Under the pieces are notes generated by a model. The model was given only the letters and a program-made list of their open reading frames with translations. It was not told where the DNA came from and made no database searches. Made by a program: the position numbers and the translations under genes. From the NCBI GenBank assembly GCA_951406725.2, contig OX597833.1:29760001-29824000 (forward strand): a stretch of 64,000 nt of DNA, in the 5' to 3' direction. Below, piece after piece: positions 51,495 through 64,000 of the stretch. How positions within the stretch are numbered: the first letter of the stretch is position 1; every line of letters starts with the position of its first letter. This DNA comes from Octopus vulgaris. Its lineage: Eukaryota.

Positions 51495-53700
51495 CTCCTC
51501 GCTCTCCCTTTTAGATTTTTTTCTTACTGTTTGATAGATTTATGAGGGGCTCAAAAAGAAGGCAGGGTTGAAAGTAAAACAAGGATCTGTGTTTCTGCCT
51601 TCACTGATTTGGGATTTCGAAGGTGTTTCATCTTTCATAACAATAAAACGGTTTAACTAAAATCTCACTTTCTTGGATTCTAAGAAAGTCTTTTTCTTGG
51701 GATTCAGCTTCAAATTTTCTCTTCTCTCAGCTCCTTCCCGATTTTGCTGTCCCTTTTTGCTTTTTTTTTACTTCATATTGTCAGCACCCCTAACCTCTTT
51801 CTCGTAGTAGTGAATCTGTGAGAGACAGGCTGGGAAAACCTGAAACTACGACCAACCAAACTAACTTATCAATTTTTACTTCCCCTTTTCTTCTTACTCT
51901 TTCTCTATCTCACTATTTTTTTCTTTTAATGATTAAGCCTCCCTCTCTCTCCACTCGCACGCATACAGGCATATATATCATTTACATTCATTCACTCACG
52001 CACTAATTCATTTGCTTTCTCTCTCTCTCCCTCACTATAATATTCACATAAAACTATCAGTTATGTATATATATATTTCTTAATTTTTGACTTTCCTTTC
52101 GAAAATTTCTTCATTTCTCTTTCTTGTTTTCTTCCATAACTTTCGGGGGTGGGGGTTATTTTTGTTGTTTTATATATTTTATTTTGTTTTAATAATTTCT
52201 AATCCCATCCTCTCCTTATATTTCATCTGATTTCTTGTTTTCGCTTTATTTGAGTCTTATTTGTAAATTTCTTGACTTCCTTCCTCTCGCTCCCCCTTTC
52301 CTCTCTATTAGTTTTCTCCCTGTTTGTCTGCGCGTCAGTCTGTCTGTCTGCCGGACTGGCTGGCTGTCTGCCTCGCCTCTCGGCCCGGGGTCGGCCCCTC
52401 CCTCCTCATTCTATCTCACGCCAGGGTATCAGTGAGGTATTTTTATTTTGACAAGGGAGAGAAAAGATCCAGGAGTATGATACCTGATACTGAACTGCTG
52501 TTTTCCACACAGAAGAGAAGTAGAAGAGAAGGAAAAAAAGAATGAATGATAAAGAGGAAGAGAGGGTGAGAAAAGGAATCATAAAGAAAGGACGATGGGG
52601 ATATTAAGATGGAGAAAGTTATATGAAAGAAAAAGCGAAAATGTAAGAGAGAGCGAGAATGCTAAGAGAACAAACGAAAGAAAGATAGAAGGAATATGGA
52701 AAAGAAAGAGAGAGAGAGAGGTTGAGAAAAAGTATGTGAAAACTGAGAAACTTAGATGAGAAGTTTAAGAAGACAGAAAGAAAGTGCAAGGGTGTAAGAA
52801 AATAGAGTAGAAAGAACGAGAGACAGGGAGAAGCTGAAGGGAAGGGAACAAAGTTAAATAAAAAAAATAAGGAGGGAGTTAAAGAGCGTATGAGAGAGTG
52901 TAAGAAAAGGAAAAAGTAGAGAGAGAGAAACAGTGTGGGCGATGGTAGGGTGAGGTAATGAAGAGAAGGGTATGGGTGGGAGAAGTAGTAATAGCATCGT
53001 AGTGAGAGGGGAAGGTGTGATGCCTTGAGGGTAAGAAGCTAGCTGTACTGCCCTCCCCCCAGCTAACTAGCAGCACCTCACTTATTTACTTACATATAAA
53101 GGGCGGAGGAGGCAGAGATGTGACGAAGAAAGACGGAGGAGTAAAAGTAGTCAGAAAGAAGGCAAGAAAGCCAAAGTTCTTGGGGTTGTTGTTACCGTTG
53201 CTTCAACTTGCTGTTCTTGTTAAAGCTGTTACAGTTGCCGCTACTAACATTGTTGTTGTTACTGTTTACTGCTGCTGCTGTTTTTTTTCCCTCTCACATC
53301 TCCCTCATGTATTCCTCCGAGTTTGAGCTGAAGTTTTCTTTGCCTTTCTTTTCGCTTTACTTTTTACCCTTTCACTTAGTTCTTATTACCTTTTTACGAA
53401 GCCTCTCCTAACTATTGAACTTACTTCATTTCTTCTTGCCTTTCTCAATCAGGCATCCTTACTACTTACTGTTGCTACAAGTATGTTATTGTTATCATCA
53501 TCATCATCATATTTAGTATTGTTATTACTACCATTATTTCCATGCTGATATTTTGGAGGAAGATTTAAAAAAAACAGAAAGAAAACAACAGGAGAGAAGA
53601 AAGAAAATACAAAACAGAACACGTGTAACAAGTGCGAATATTTTTTCATTTTTAAAATTCAACCTTTAATATTTTTTCGTATACTAATCTTGCTCTCAGA
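51495..53700 (-). promoter_or_regulatory. Putative promoter / non-coding 5' exon region of a leftward-transcribed host gene
   Basis: Repeat-poor; GC/CpG patch at 52330-52420; purine/pyrimidine tracts; minus-strand donor-like sites GAG|GTAAGG (51494), TAT|GTAAGT (53093) and ACA|GTAAGT (53469); coincides with the CpG-density boundary. Confidence 0.35.
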
Positions 53701-56700
53701 CTTTCTTCTCTTGCTTTTCAATTCTTTACAAACATACGCACCCACTCACATATACAGAATTCAATACCTACCTCTTAGGATTTTCTTCTATTTCCACTTC
53801 GGTAAAGTTGTTTAAACGTTGCCTATTTTCCATCCAGTAGTCACTCTCCTCAGTTCCATATACTAATATTATTATATATGTCTATACCTATATACACTTT
53901 AGATATTTGGTAGTAAGTTTGGGGTTTTTGACAATGATCCGAAAGGAATCAACAATATTTATAAAGAAGCCAAAGCGCCATGCATTAACAATATACAACT
54001 TTCAAACAATTTCTATTTAATGCAAACTGTTCAACAATCAGAGAAGCTGCTTGAATGTACATACAAATATAACCACAAACACACACTTAAATCATTCATC
54101 AAATCGTTCTAAAAAACTAACAAACAATAAAAACGAAACTATAAACAACAAACAAAAACGACCATGCCTTATCATACTTTCTCATTTCAATATATTCATG
54201 GGATTTCTACATAAACACTTATTGGACATACATTAACAAAGCATGGTAAGTAAAATTTTGTTATATTAATCCGTTTTTAACTAATTGTTATTGCATGTAT
54301 GTAAATGTATATATGTATGTGGACACATGTTACCCGCTTTATGTATATATAAGATAGTCATGGAACAGTTTTGTTATTGCTAAATGTTCTGTATTTTAGT
54401 TCAATATATCAATATATATATATATATTTGCATGAACGAGCGATCGATCTATTATCAGTTAGTCCTCTACTAGGTCTTCATAGTTTGGCATCACATCTTA
54501 AAAAAATATCCCTTTCTTTTGCCAAGTATTATCACGTGTGGCGAGAAACTAGAGTGGAGTGATTGTAAACATTTAGTCCCGCCGGTCCGGTCACTTCACT
54601 TTTTAACATATCTCAATTGGGTCACAGTCCCTAAAGGGTTGATGCCCCTAATTAGACACCCGGCATAACATAACTAAAGGTCTCTAGAAGCGCACGTACG
54701 CATGCATGTATGTATGTAGATGTGTGTGTTATGATATGAATGTTCATTGAAAGTTCTAAAAAAGTTCTTTGTTGATTTATTATTAAACCAAGGAATGTGT
54801 CGTCATGCTTGGGAAACATTCAACAAGATTGCTTCAGTTTGATGTAAATAATTATTCTCTAATAGAAATTACATTGGTGCTTGTAGTACTCTTTTATGTG
54901 GGGATGATGCTCGGGAAATGAGAAGTAGGTAACTTCTTATGACAAACCCTTATAATTATATAAACTACTCTTTTTTTCTTCGATTCTTAACATGAAGCAA
55001 ACATTTTTGAGATACTTATACATATTCTTGTATATACCCAAATATACTATTATCACAGCATAGAGAAAATGCTGTTTTCATCCTATTTGTTTTGCCTCCG
55101 TGTATTTAATCTAGTATCTTTCTTTCTTTTTACTGGCTTCTATTAAACCTTGAAAAGTTATCATGTTAATTATCTCAAACTAAGAAAATTGCAAATGTAA
55201 ACTTAACTGCCAAATAAGAATCGATGCAAGATTTTCTTAATTCTCCCAAACCATTTCCTTTGTAGGCAACCAAAAGTGTAGTGGTGCTGACCTGCCCTAA
55301 TTTTTTTCTCCAAAAGAGGAACTGGGACCCCACTATCGACATGAAATAATAACAATAGTAAATAAGTGAATTGTTGAAGTAATGTTTTCTTTATAGTTTC
55401 TAGTTATTTATAAAATAGCCTCCAAAAATACTTCTTCGAACGGAAATTTTCTCAAAATCTCTGTAAATCTTTTGTTCAAACTTTAAATATATATAAAGCA
55501 ACATGCTTTTCCCCTTTCGTATTGAAAGCTAACCTCCCGAAAAGAAATAAATTTAATCAGAAATGACATTTTCAAGGTTTATTTTATTTAATCTCTTCCA
55601 TCACTGGAGGATATCACTGTCTAGACGTCACTCTTCAAAACCTAGTTTGTCTCTTTTTATATCTATCTTACTGAAAACAGTTATTTTGGCTGTCTCTTAT
55701 CTATTTTCTTATCAGTCTGTTGATTTCTTATCAAAATAAAGTGATGTCTTTATTGATCAACCGATCGATGTCCCAATCTGTCATCCGTCATATTTACCTC
55801 TTAGTGTCAACAAACTAAATACCTGTAAGATATTAGGATCAAATAAAGTTCACTCATACATTCTCAATACAAAACCAATTCTTACATAAATTATGACATA
55901 TTAATAACATGCCTCCTTAATAATTTCTTTTTAATTTCTTGTATAGTCTGAAAAATCCCAAGTAACAAAAGTGAAAGAGAAAACTTGTTTATATTATACT
56001 CATTTAGCTAATTTATTTACAAGTTTAAATGAAATTTTTAGATATTCTTGTATTCAATCATTGGTCTTCATTTTCCTCTTAAGAGAAACACGAGTATCAC
56101 AACTTCTCCCTTCGTCTTCATTATAAGTAGTTATTGCTTATGTAAAAATAATGATGATAAGAAAAAGGAAAAAATATCCACAAAATATCTTCAATTTGAT
56201 AATGGTCACGTCCGAAGCTTACTCAAATTCCGTAACATGGGACTCAGTATTTCATTTCATTTAAGAAAGAGTTGAAGTCTTTTCATGGGGTAAAGTAAAA
56301 TGAGTGGGGGAAAAAAATGATTTCTAATAGGGTAGGTCGAAATCAGGTTGTGAACAAAAAGTTAGGAAAAAAGAAAATAACTTTGTTATCTGAACATTTT
56401 AAAAGGAAAGAATAATTTAAATTCATAACATAGAAAGGACGAAAATAAACACTGGATCAAATATTAGTTTATTAACCCTACAGCATTTACTTCTCTGCGT
56501 TTTGAGTTCCTGTGTCGTCGATGTCATTAGTAATCTTTCTTAAAACTTTATATTTGATTTACTTGTATTTATATTTACTTATTCATTCATTTATTTTTGT
56601 ATGAAATAGCTAGATTAAGTGGAACAAAAGTATTCAGTCGGTGTCAAAAGACTAAGGACCATTTACATTACTCTCTTGAAACGGAAAGGACACATTGGAC

Positions 56701-57944
56701 AATTTATTACTTGATAATTTGAAAAGACAAAAATAGTCATTACTTAAAAACTTTTGATCTTAAGTCTACTCAGTCAAGCCCACTCGGAATTAAAACAGTA
56801 AAAATATTCGAGCATATTTAATGTTGCATCGGTCAATATAAAGATCTTGTTAACACCCAGCAGGCTGGTTTATTATTATTATTATTTTTTGTTCACGGGT
56901 GAAGATCTTTATATTTTGTCTTTTATTTATATTATATTAAAATTTCTTTTGACTCCTTGTCAGTTTTTCTTGGTAAGCTGGGATATTTCTTGGAAGGCTG
57001 TAAATTCAAATCGCTCACTGCAACATGAGTTGGTCTTGGGTTTAACTTTCAAGAAATCAGAAACATTTGCGTAACTTGCATCCTCGTGTTATTTTCGGTC
57101 CTTCTGTCGTCGACAGTACTTTTGTCAACGGGTTGCATACGTATGAACTGTCAACATTGTAGAGTAAATGCAACGTGTTCATATCGACAAGCAAGCATAT
57201 TTTACGCGGTGATGGCAAAATCTGTCAATTGAATACTGGACAAAATGTGCCTTACGGTTTTTATATATATCCTTTTTTTCCAATGTTGGACTACAGAAAG
57301 AGCAACTAAATCATTCTCATTTGGCAGCCTACGTTTTTGAAAAGGAAAAAAAGAATCTCACAGCGAATAAAATAGTCCAGGTTACTTTATCGGCGGGGGA
57401 AAACGATATGTCACGGATGAATTGCCAGATCTATAGGTCTCCACGATTAGAGTTCAACAATTAGTTTGATTACTATGTTTGCGATTGCACCCCCCCTTCC
57501 GCGACAATAAAATACCAGAATAAGGTGAAAGATGTAAGTGATGAAGTTAACTTTAACAGCTAACTTGACAAATTTACAGTTTTGTAATGTTTCCATTCGT
57601 GATTCTGCAGTGTTAGGATCATCTCAATATATTCTGAGCGCAGATATGGGAGAGGTCGATTTTACTTTTCATTTCTTTTCAACATTTAAGTAAACTTTTG
57701 TGCGCTACGTTTCAGTCAGTTCACTATGTATATGTGTGTGTATATGTATAATGCATGTATATGTCTATGCATGTATGCCTATATATATATATATATATAT
57801 TGGTAAAAACGGTAAGATAACAAAAGAAAGAAACAGACCTCAGTATTATGTAAATAGAGGAATTTATCTGTAAATTAATATGTTACCATTATTCAATAGC
57901 CAAATTGGTAACATTATTAATTTACAGATATATATATATATATG

Positions 57945-57983
<39 letters not shown>

Positions 57984-58174
57984 TTTATGTTGACTGATGA
58001 TAGAGTATGGACGGATTTTTGAAGTCCAATGGTACCCTACACACATATTTGATTGTGGAGATTTACAAACACACTTTCTCAGTGAAACTCAATATACCCA
58101 CCATTATAGATAATACCAAATGTACATTTTCGGATTTTTCATAATGTGATGTAAGTCTTTGGTATAGCAATTGC

Positions 58175-58270
58175 ATGTGGCTGAAGAGAGCTTTAAACCA
58201 TCTGTTATGTCGATTATAGATTGATGTAAGAATAGGTTGTTGTATAAAGCTTGAAACACGTGTACCGCGA
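58175..58270 (+). ncRNA. Type I hammerhead ribozyme with 65-nt stem II, in element ~57982-58384
   Basis: gtgg-CTGAAGA(58181)-gagcttta...taaagctt-GAAA(58253)-cacgtg-TA-ccgc; predicted cut after GUA at 58264. Confidence 0.85.
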
Positions 58271-58384
58271 CATCCTTTGAGTTCTGTTTTTTATTTCATT
58301 TGATGCATATAACCTCTCACCTCTGCTACTAGTTGCCATATACAGGTGCTTACACTTATGTATTCACACTGAATTTATTGTACC

Positions 58385-59618
<1,234 letters not shown>

Positions 59619-59790
59619 GTATAGAAATTCGGGGTGAGTACTTGATAATTATAAGCACCTGTGTATACCGTTTCGTGGTGTAGGTGGTGGAGTAAATTGA
59701 TCAAAATAAAATAAAAACATGATGCGAAGGATTCAGCGGTACATATGTTTCGGGCCTTTATTAGACAGATTTATAACAATGCATAATGTA
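59619..59790 (-). mobile_element. Relative of the 57982-58384 element carrying only the 3' half of a hammerhead
   Basis: Minus strand aaaggccc-GAAA-catatg-TA-ccgctgaatcc...tatacacaggtgctta aligns with GAAA-cacgtg-TA-ccgcgacatcc...catatacaggtgctta. Confidence 0.7.
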
Positions 59791-59903
59791 TGTATATATA
59801 TATACATATATATATGATTGATTGATTGATTGATTCTAGTTTCAGCTTATGAGCTGTGGCCATGCTGGGGCACCGCCATTTGGTGTTGCTACTTGGTTTC
59901 ACT

Positions 59904-62899
59904 TCATGGAGGCTTTCTAGCAACTGCTATTTGGTGCATGAGAGAGTTCGATGCAGCTGCCCTCATCTGCCCCTCCTGCCGTGAAGTTGGTTCATCTGGG
60001 ACACCTGACAGGAAGAGATCCAGCTTCATTTTAAAGACATCTGTATCCACCCCATGCAGGTCTCTCAGGTTCTTCGGGAGGATATTGAAGAGCTGTGGGC
60101 CTCGGAAGCCCAGGCTATCACAGAATCTTGTCCTACATCTTGATGGCAGGTTTGGAGTCCTAGGCACCACGCAGTGGCGCCCAGTTCTGGCATTTGCGTA
60201 ACTCTCGATGCCAAAGTTCAGGACACTTCCCTCCAGGATCTTCCAGATGTATATTATGGCATATCTTTCCCGCCTACGCTCCAGGGAATATAATTTTAAT
60301 CTCTTGAGTCTTTCCCAGTAGCTTACATTCTGCATAGAGGCTATCTTCTTTGTGTAGCTTCGTTGGATCGCCTCAAGTTCTGTGATCAACTTGACACTGG
60401 ATGGTGACCATAGCTGAGAGCAATAGTCAAAGTGGCTTAGGACAAGTGTCTTCCAGAGGACCATCATGGTTTCTTGTTCTCTTGTTCTAAAGGTTCTAAG
60501 AATCCATCCAGCCAGCCGTCTACATTTAATTGTCAGTTTAGCAACATGTACATGAAAGGTCGCGTCATCACTCATGTGAATACCCAGGTCACGCACTGAT
60601 TGTGCCTCTGGGATTGCAATCCCTCCGGGTCCAGTGTATTCATTGGGTATTGCATTCAGTTTTGCATGCTGATAGTATAAAGCTTGAAACTTTCCAGCAT
60701 TGAACTGCATGCTATTCTTTTCAGCCCACTTGTATATTTCGTCCAGCTCACATTGCAGGTGTTTAGTGTCCTCAGGGTTCTGTATTGCCTGTGAAACTTT
60801 TGTATCATCTGCATAACTTGTGATCGTGGCTCTCTGCGTGGCTGAGGGCATGTCTGAGAGGGCCATTATGAACAGTAGTGGTCCCAGAACAGTGCCCTGC
60901 GGAACACTGCTCACTATTTGTGTGTTAATGGAGGTGGCCCCATTGGCTACTACCACCTGACTTCTATCCTTCAGAAAGTCATGAAGCCATTCTCCCAGTT
61001 TTCCAACTATGTTGAGATCACGCAGTTTGTGACATATCATTCCATGATCGACTTTATCAAAGGCCTTTGCAAAGTCGAGATATATCACTTCCACATTTGA
61101 GTGGTTGAGCAGCCGTTTCAGCACCCAGTCATAGTGTTGTAGGAGCTGAGTTAAACAGCTTCTCCCTGGTCGGAAACCATGTTGGGTGTCGGGCAGCAAG
61201 TCATTCTCTTCAAGGAAGGTGATCAGCTTCCTTCTGACTATTCGTTCCATGACCTTGCTGATGTGTGAGGTCAGAGAGATAGGTCTATAGTTCTTGGCTT
61301 CCGCTCTGCTACCTCCTTTATGAATGGGGCATATTTTACCTTCCTTCAGTTTTCCTGGAAGTTTGCCAGCTGCAAGGAAGCTCTGAAAGAGGAACTGCAG
61401 TGGTCTTGCTAGGACTCTCTTACATGCTTTTAGGAGGATTGCCGGGAATCCATCGGGGCCAGTAGCTGAGTCTGTTTTCATTTCATCTATAGCCTTGGTT
61501 ACATCGTCTTCCTTTATATCGATGTAATCTATCGTCGCCGCCTCTGATTTTATATCTGCAGTGGTAAAAAAGTCAGTTGGATTGGTGATTTGGAGATGCC
61601 CAAGGGGTGGAGTGAAAACACTCTTGAATTGCTCATTCAGTATTTCACTTACTCTCATTGGTTTTCCTGTAAGTGTGCCATCCTTTTCGAGGAGTGGCCC
61701 TATTCTACAGTGCACTGTAGCTGTTTCTTTGGCATACCTGTAGAAAGCTCTGGGGTTAGATTTTATGTTTTCTATAGCCCAGGCTTCTTTGTCTGCTCTT
61801 TCTTTTTCATGGGAGAGTTGCAGACATTTTTCGATTTCCAACAGTTTTATTTTTAGGTGGGACTTTTCACTGCTTTCAATCTGTTTGTTTAGGCGATTTG
61901 AAAATTTCGTACGCCGTCTCATTAAAATTTTCCTCTCTCTGGGGATTTTGTTCTTGTGTACAGTGGCCTTTCTCTCTGGGACACATTTGTAGCATATGGC
62001 TTGCATTACAGACATGAATTGTTGAAGTTTCACGTCGATGTCTGGCGAGGAGAGACATTTAGGCCAGTTTTGTTTGAGGATCTCTTTCTCAATTTGTTTC
62101 CAGTTTGCCTTATGGTAGTTCAAGCTGGAAAGATTTTGAGGTTTCTTGTAGGCTGCATGTCCGTGCTCTCTTTTGGCCCGTACATGGTCAGCTCTATCAT
62201 GTTGTGATCCGAGAGTAGTGTCGGTGTCACTTTCACATTATGGATGAGATCCATGTCATTTGTGAAGCAGAGATCCAGTGTGTTACCTGCCCTGGTTGGT
62301 TGGAGTATTACCTGCTCCATGTACAGGGTGTTGATGAGGTTCAGGAGGGACCTCGCCTGTCCTCGTTCACATCTTGTCATTCCTGGGAGAGAAAGGCCCT
62401 CGGGCCATCTGACATTGGGCAGATTGAAGTCTCCCATAAGAAGCACACCTATGTGTTGTTCTAATGTGGTTAGAATTTCTTCTATTTTTATAAGGCAGTC
62501 TTCAAACTTGCCCACATGGCTTGGGGCATCTGGAGGGCGATATGTAGCACACACAACTACATCAAGTTGCCTAATATGTACAATTAGTGTGTCACACACC
62601 GAGTTTGAGTATGACAAGAGGACCTGGGGTGTGAGGTCCTCACGGATGTACATAGCAACACCTCCATGACTCCTTTCTTTCCTGTCGGTCCGTACTACAG
62701 CATACTGTGGTATGTGTAACTCCGCATCTGCTATGTCCGGTTTCAGGTGCGTTTCTGTAAGTGCTATGCATAAGGCTTGATTGCATGCAACAAAGTCTCT
62801 CAGGAACGGGATCTTTGTCCTGTTACTGAGTGTTTGCAGTCCTCTGATGTTCAGTAGGAGTATCGAGGTGAGGTGTACGTTGTTGCCGGTGGTGTCCAT
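59904..62899 (-). CDS. LINE ORF2 (APE endonuclease + RT) with a single frameshift near 62120-62145
   Basis: LLNIRGL, LTETHL, YRPP, GDFNLP, TLDL, SDH; NYRPISLTS, DFAKAFDKV, PQGTVLGP, YADD, VPDEP. The likely start is ATG 62899. Confidence 0.85.
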
Positions 62900-63762
62900 C
62901 CTGTGTCTGTTTGCTGTGGTGGTCTGGTATATAGTGGGTAGTCCCACCTGCGGGCTTGGGTTTGATGAAGCCAGGTCAGCTGCTGTACAATCTTTTGTGC
63001 CATGCACAAAAAAGATTGTTGCTCAGCAGCTGCTCTTTCGACAACATCATGTTGGCTGTTTGTGGCGCGCACAACATCTGCGTACCTCCGCTTTGGGGCA
63101 GGTGGTGCGTGGTCCATCCCTTTTCTTTGTGTTGATGGTTTGTCCATCTGCCTCGTGTCTCTGTGGCAGGGTCCCCGATGTGCAAAGCGGCAGCCTGCAC
63201 CTTCCTTTCCATGCCAGCAGGAACCTCTCAGGTAGAACATACACACCCGTGTGCGCTGTTTGGTTCCATCCTTTGCGGTTCCACTTCTATTCCTGGTTGT
63301 TTCACTCTTTGGTCCTGCTTGAGCTTTTTCTTTTCCTTTAGCTCTTCCAGTCCTTCTTTTAGTTCTTCTTCCTCCCTCTACCTCTTCACCGGGTTCTCCG
63401 TCTCCATGGCCCTTGCTGCCGGTTGGAGAACTTGCACCTGGGTTCACTTCCCGGGCAGGTTTCTCATTCAAAACCTCCTCCCAGGCGTCCACCAGGTGGG
63501 GGTGACTTCTTTCATCGTCTCCATTCTTGCCATCTTTGCCCCGCTCGTTCTCAAAGATGGCATCAAGTGCGCCAATGTGCGACCGTACAAGCGCATATGA
63601 GCGCACGAATTCCTGTCTCTTTCGCTCCATCTGAGCCGCTGTCCTCTTGTAGCCTCTGCTCTTCAGCGCAGCCGCAATCACCTCGCTAGGGCTATCTCCG
63701 CCGGCGCACTCCCATGCTCGTACGAATAAATCCAGCTCGTCACGTCTCCATGCTCTGGACAT
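62851..63762 (-). CDS. LINE ORF1, 303 aa: Myb/SANT-trihelix-like N-terminus plus CCCH zinc finger
   Basis: W..DE..LF..AW...IAAALKSRGYKRTAAQMERK and C-x7-C-x8-C-x3-H (CMFYLRGSCWHGKEGAGCRFAH); uninterrupted ORF overlapping ORF2. Confidence 0.75.
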   Translation of the reverse strand: MSRAWRRDELDLFVRAWECAGGDSPSEVIAAALKSRGYKRTAAQMERKRQEFVRSYALVRSHIGALDAIFENERGKDGKNGDDERSHPHLVDAWEEVLNEKPAREVNPGASSPTGSKGHGDGEPGEEVEGGRRTKRRTGRAKGKEKAQAGPKSETTRNRSGTAKDGTKQRTRVCMFYLRGSCWHGKEGAGCRFAHRGPCHRDTRQMDKPSTQRKGMDHAPPAPKRRYADVVRATNSQHDVVERAAAEQQSFLCMAQKIVQQLTWLHQTQARRWDYPLYTRPPQQTDTGWTPPATTYTSPRYSY

Positions 63763-64000
63763 GCTGGATAATCTGTCTATCCGTTTATCTATCTAATTAT
63801 GTTCGAGAGAAGACAGGAAGATATTAAGGCTAATTAGAAGATAGAGTACTTGAAAAAGAAATATTAACAATATTAAAGTTTGTGTAAAAACGTTATTTGG
63901 GTAAAAACGTTATTTAATCTTAAGGCTAATTAGGGGATAGAGTATCTGAAAATGTATTAGCAATATTAATATTATATTAGAGTGTGGATAAAAACGTTGT

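Larger units (their letters stand above)
59816..64000 (-). mobile_element. Young CR1-like LINE, near intact
   Basis: Two ORFs, short 3'UTR with stem-loop, (AATC)n tail ending in a TA microsatellite; the 5'UTR runs to the window edge. Confidence 0.92.

Noticed and set aside
51539-51637. Short minus-strand ORF MKDETPSK...SPS in the putative 5' exon
   Set aside because: Only 32 codons with no recognisable motif; at most a uORF.
57994-58000. CTGATGA near the 58181 ribozyme
   Set aside because: No stem II or GAAA partner.
62120-62145. Programmed ribosomal frameshift in LINE ORF2
   Set aside because: No canonical slippery heptamer; a single-base deletion or sequencing error is simpler.

Overview
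AT-rich eukaryotic DNA dense in microsatellites and transposons, with no recognisable intact host protein-coding exon. The SINE families, (GAT)n-tailed RTE LINEs and TA/TG microsatellites look like a coleoid cephalopod (Octopus-like); this is inferred from repeat content only. Contents: Tx1/L1-clade, RTE, CR1-like and RLE-type (R4/Dong-like, NeSL/HERO-like) non-LTR retrotransposons; a decayed Mag-like Gypsy element and a solo LTR; Chapaev3-like and Tigger/pogo DNA transposon fossils; piggyBac-like TTAA MITEs; tRNA-derived SINEs and MetaSINE-like SINEs. A near-intact CR1-like LINE (59.8-64 kb, minus strand) has an unusual ORF1 with a Myb/trihelix-like domain and a CCCH finger. The most interesting signal is absent from the ORF track: several mostly unrelated non-coding elements of about 0.2-0.7 kb sit inside TA microsatellites and each carries a type I hammerhead ribozyme. 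Cores are complete at 16001, 21484 and 58181 (+) and at 20318 (-, weak stems), decayed at 18976 (-), and a 3' half-ribozyme lies at 59751 (-). They have palindromic mini stem III, often a long stem II, and Penelope-style direct/inverted terminal rearrangements, so they are candidate retrozyme-like non-autonomous Penelope elements. A sharp change in CpG density near 51.5-54 kb, together with minus-strand splice donors, suggests a promoter with a leftward-transcribed, methylated intron covering most of the window. All calls are by eye; no searches were run.
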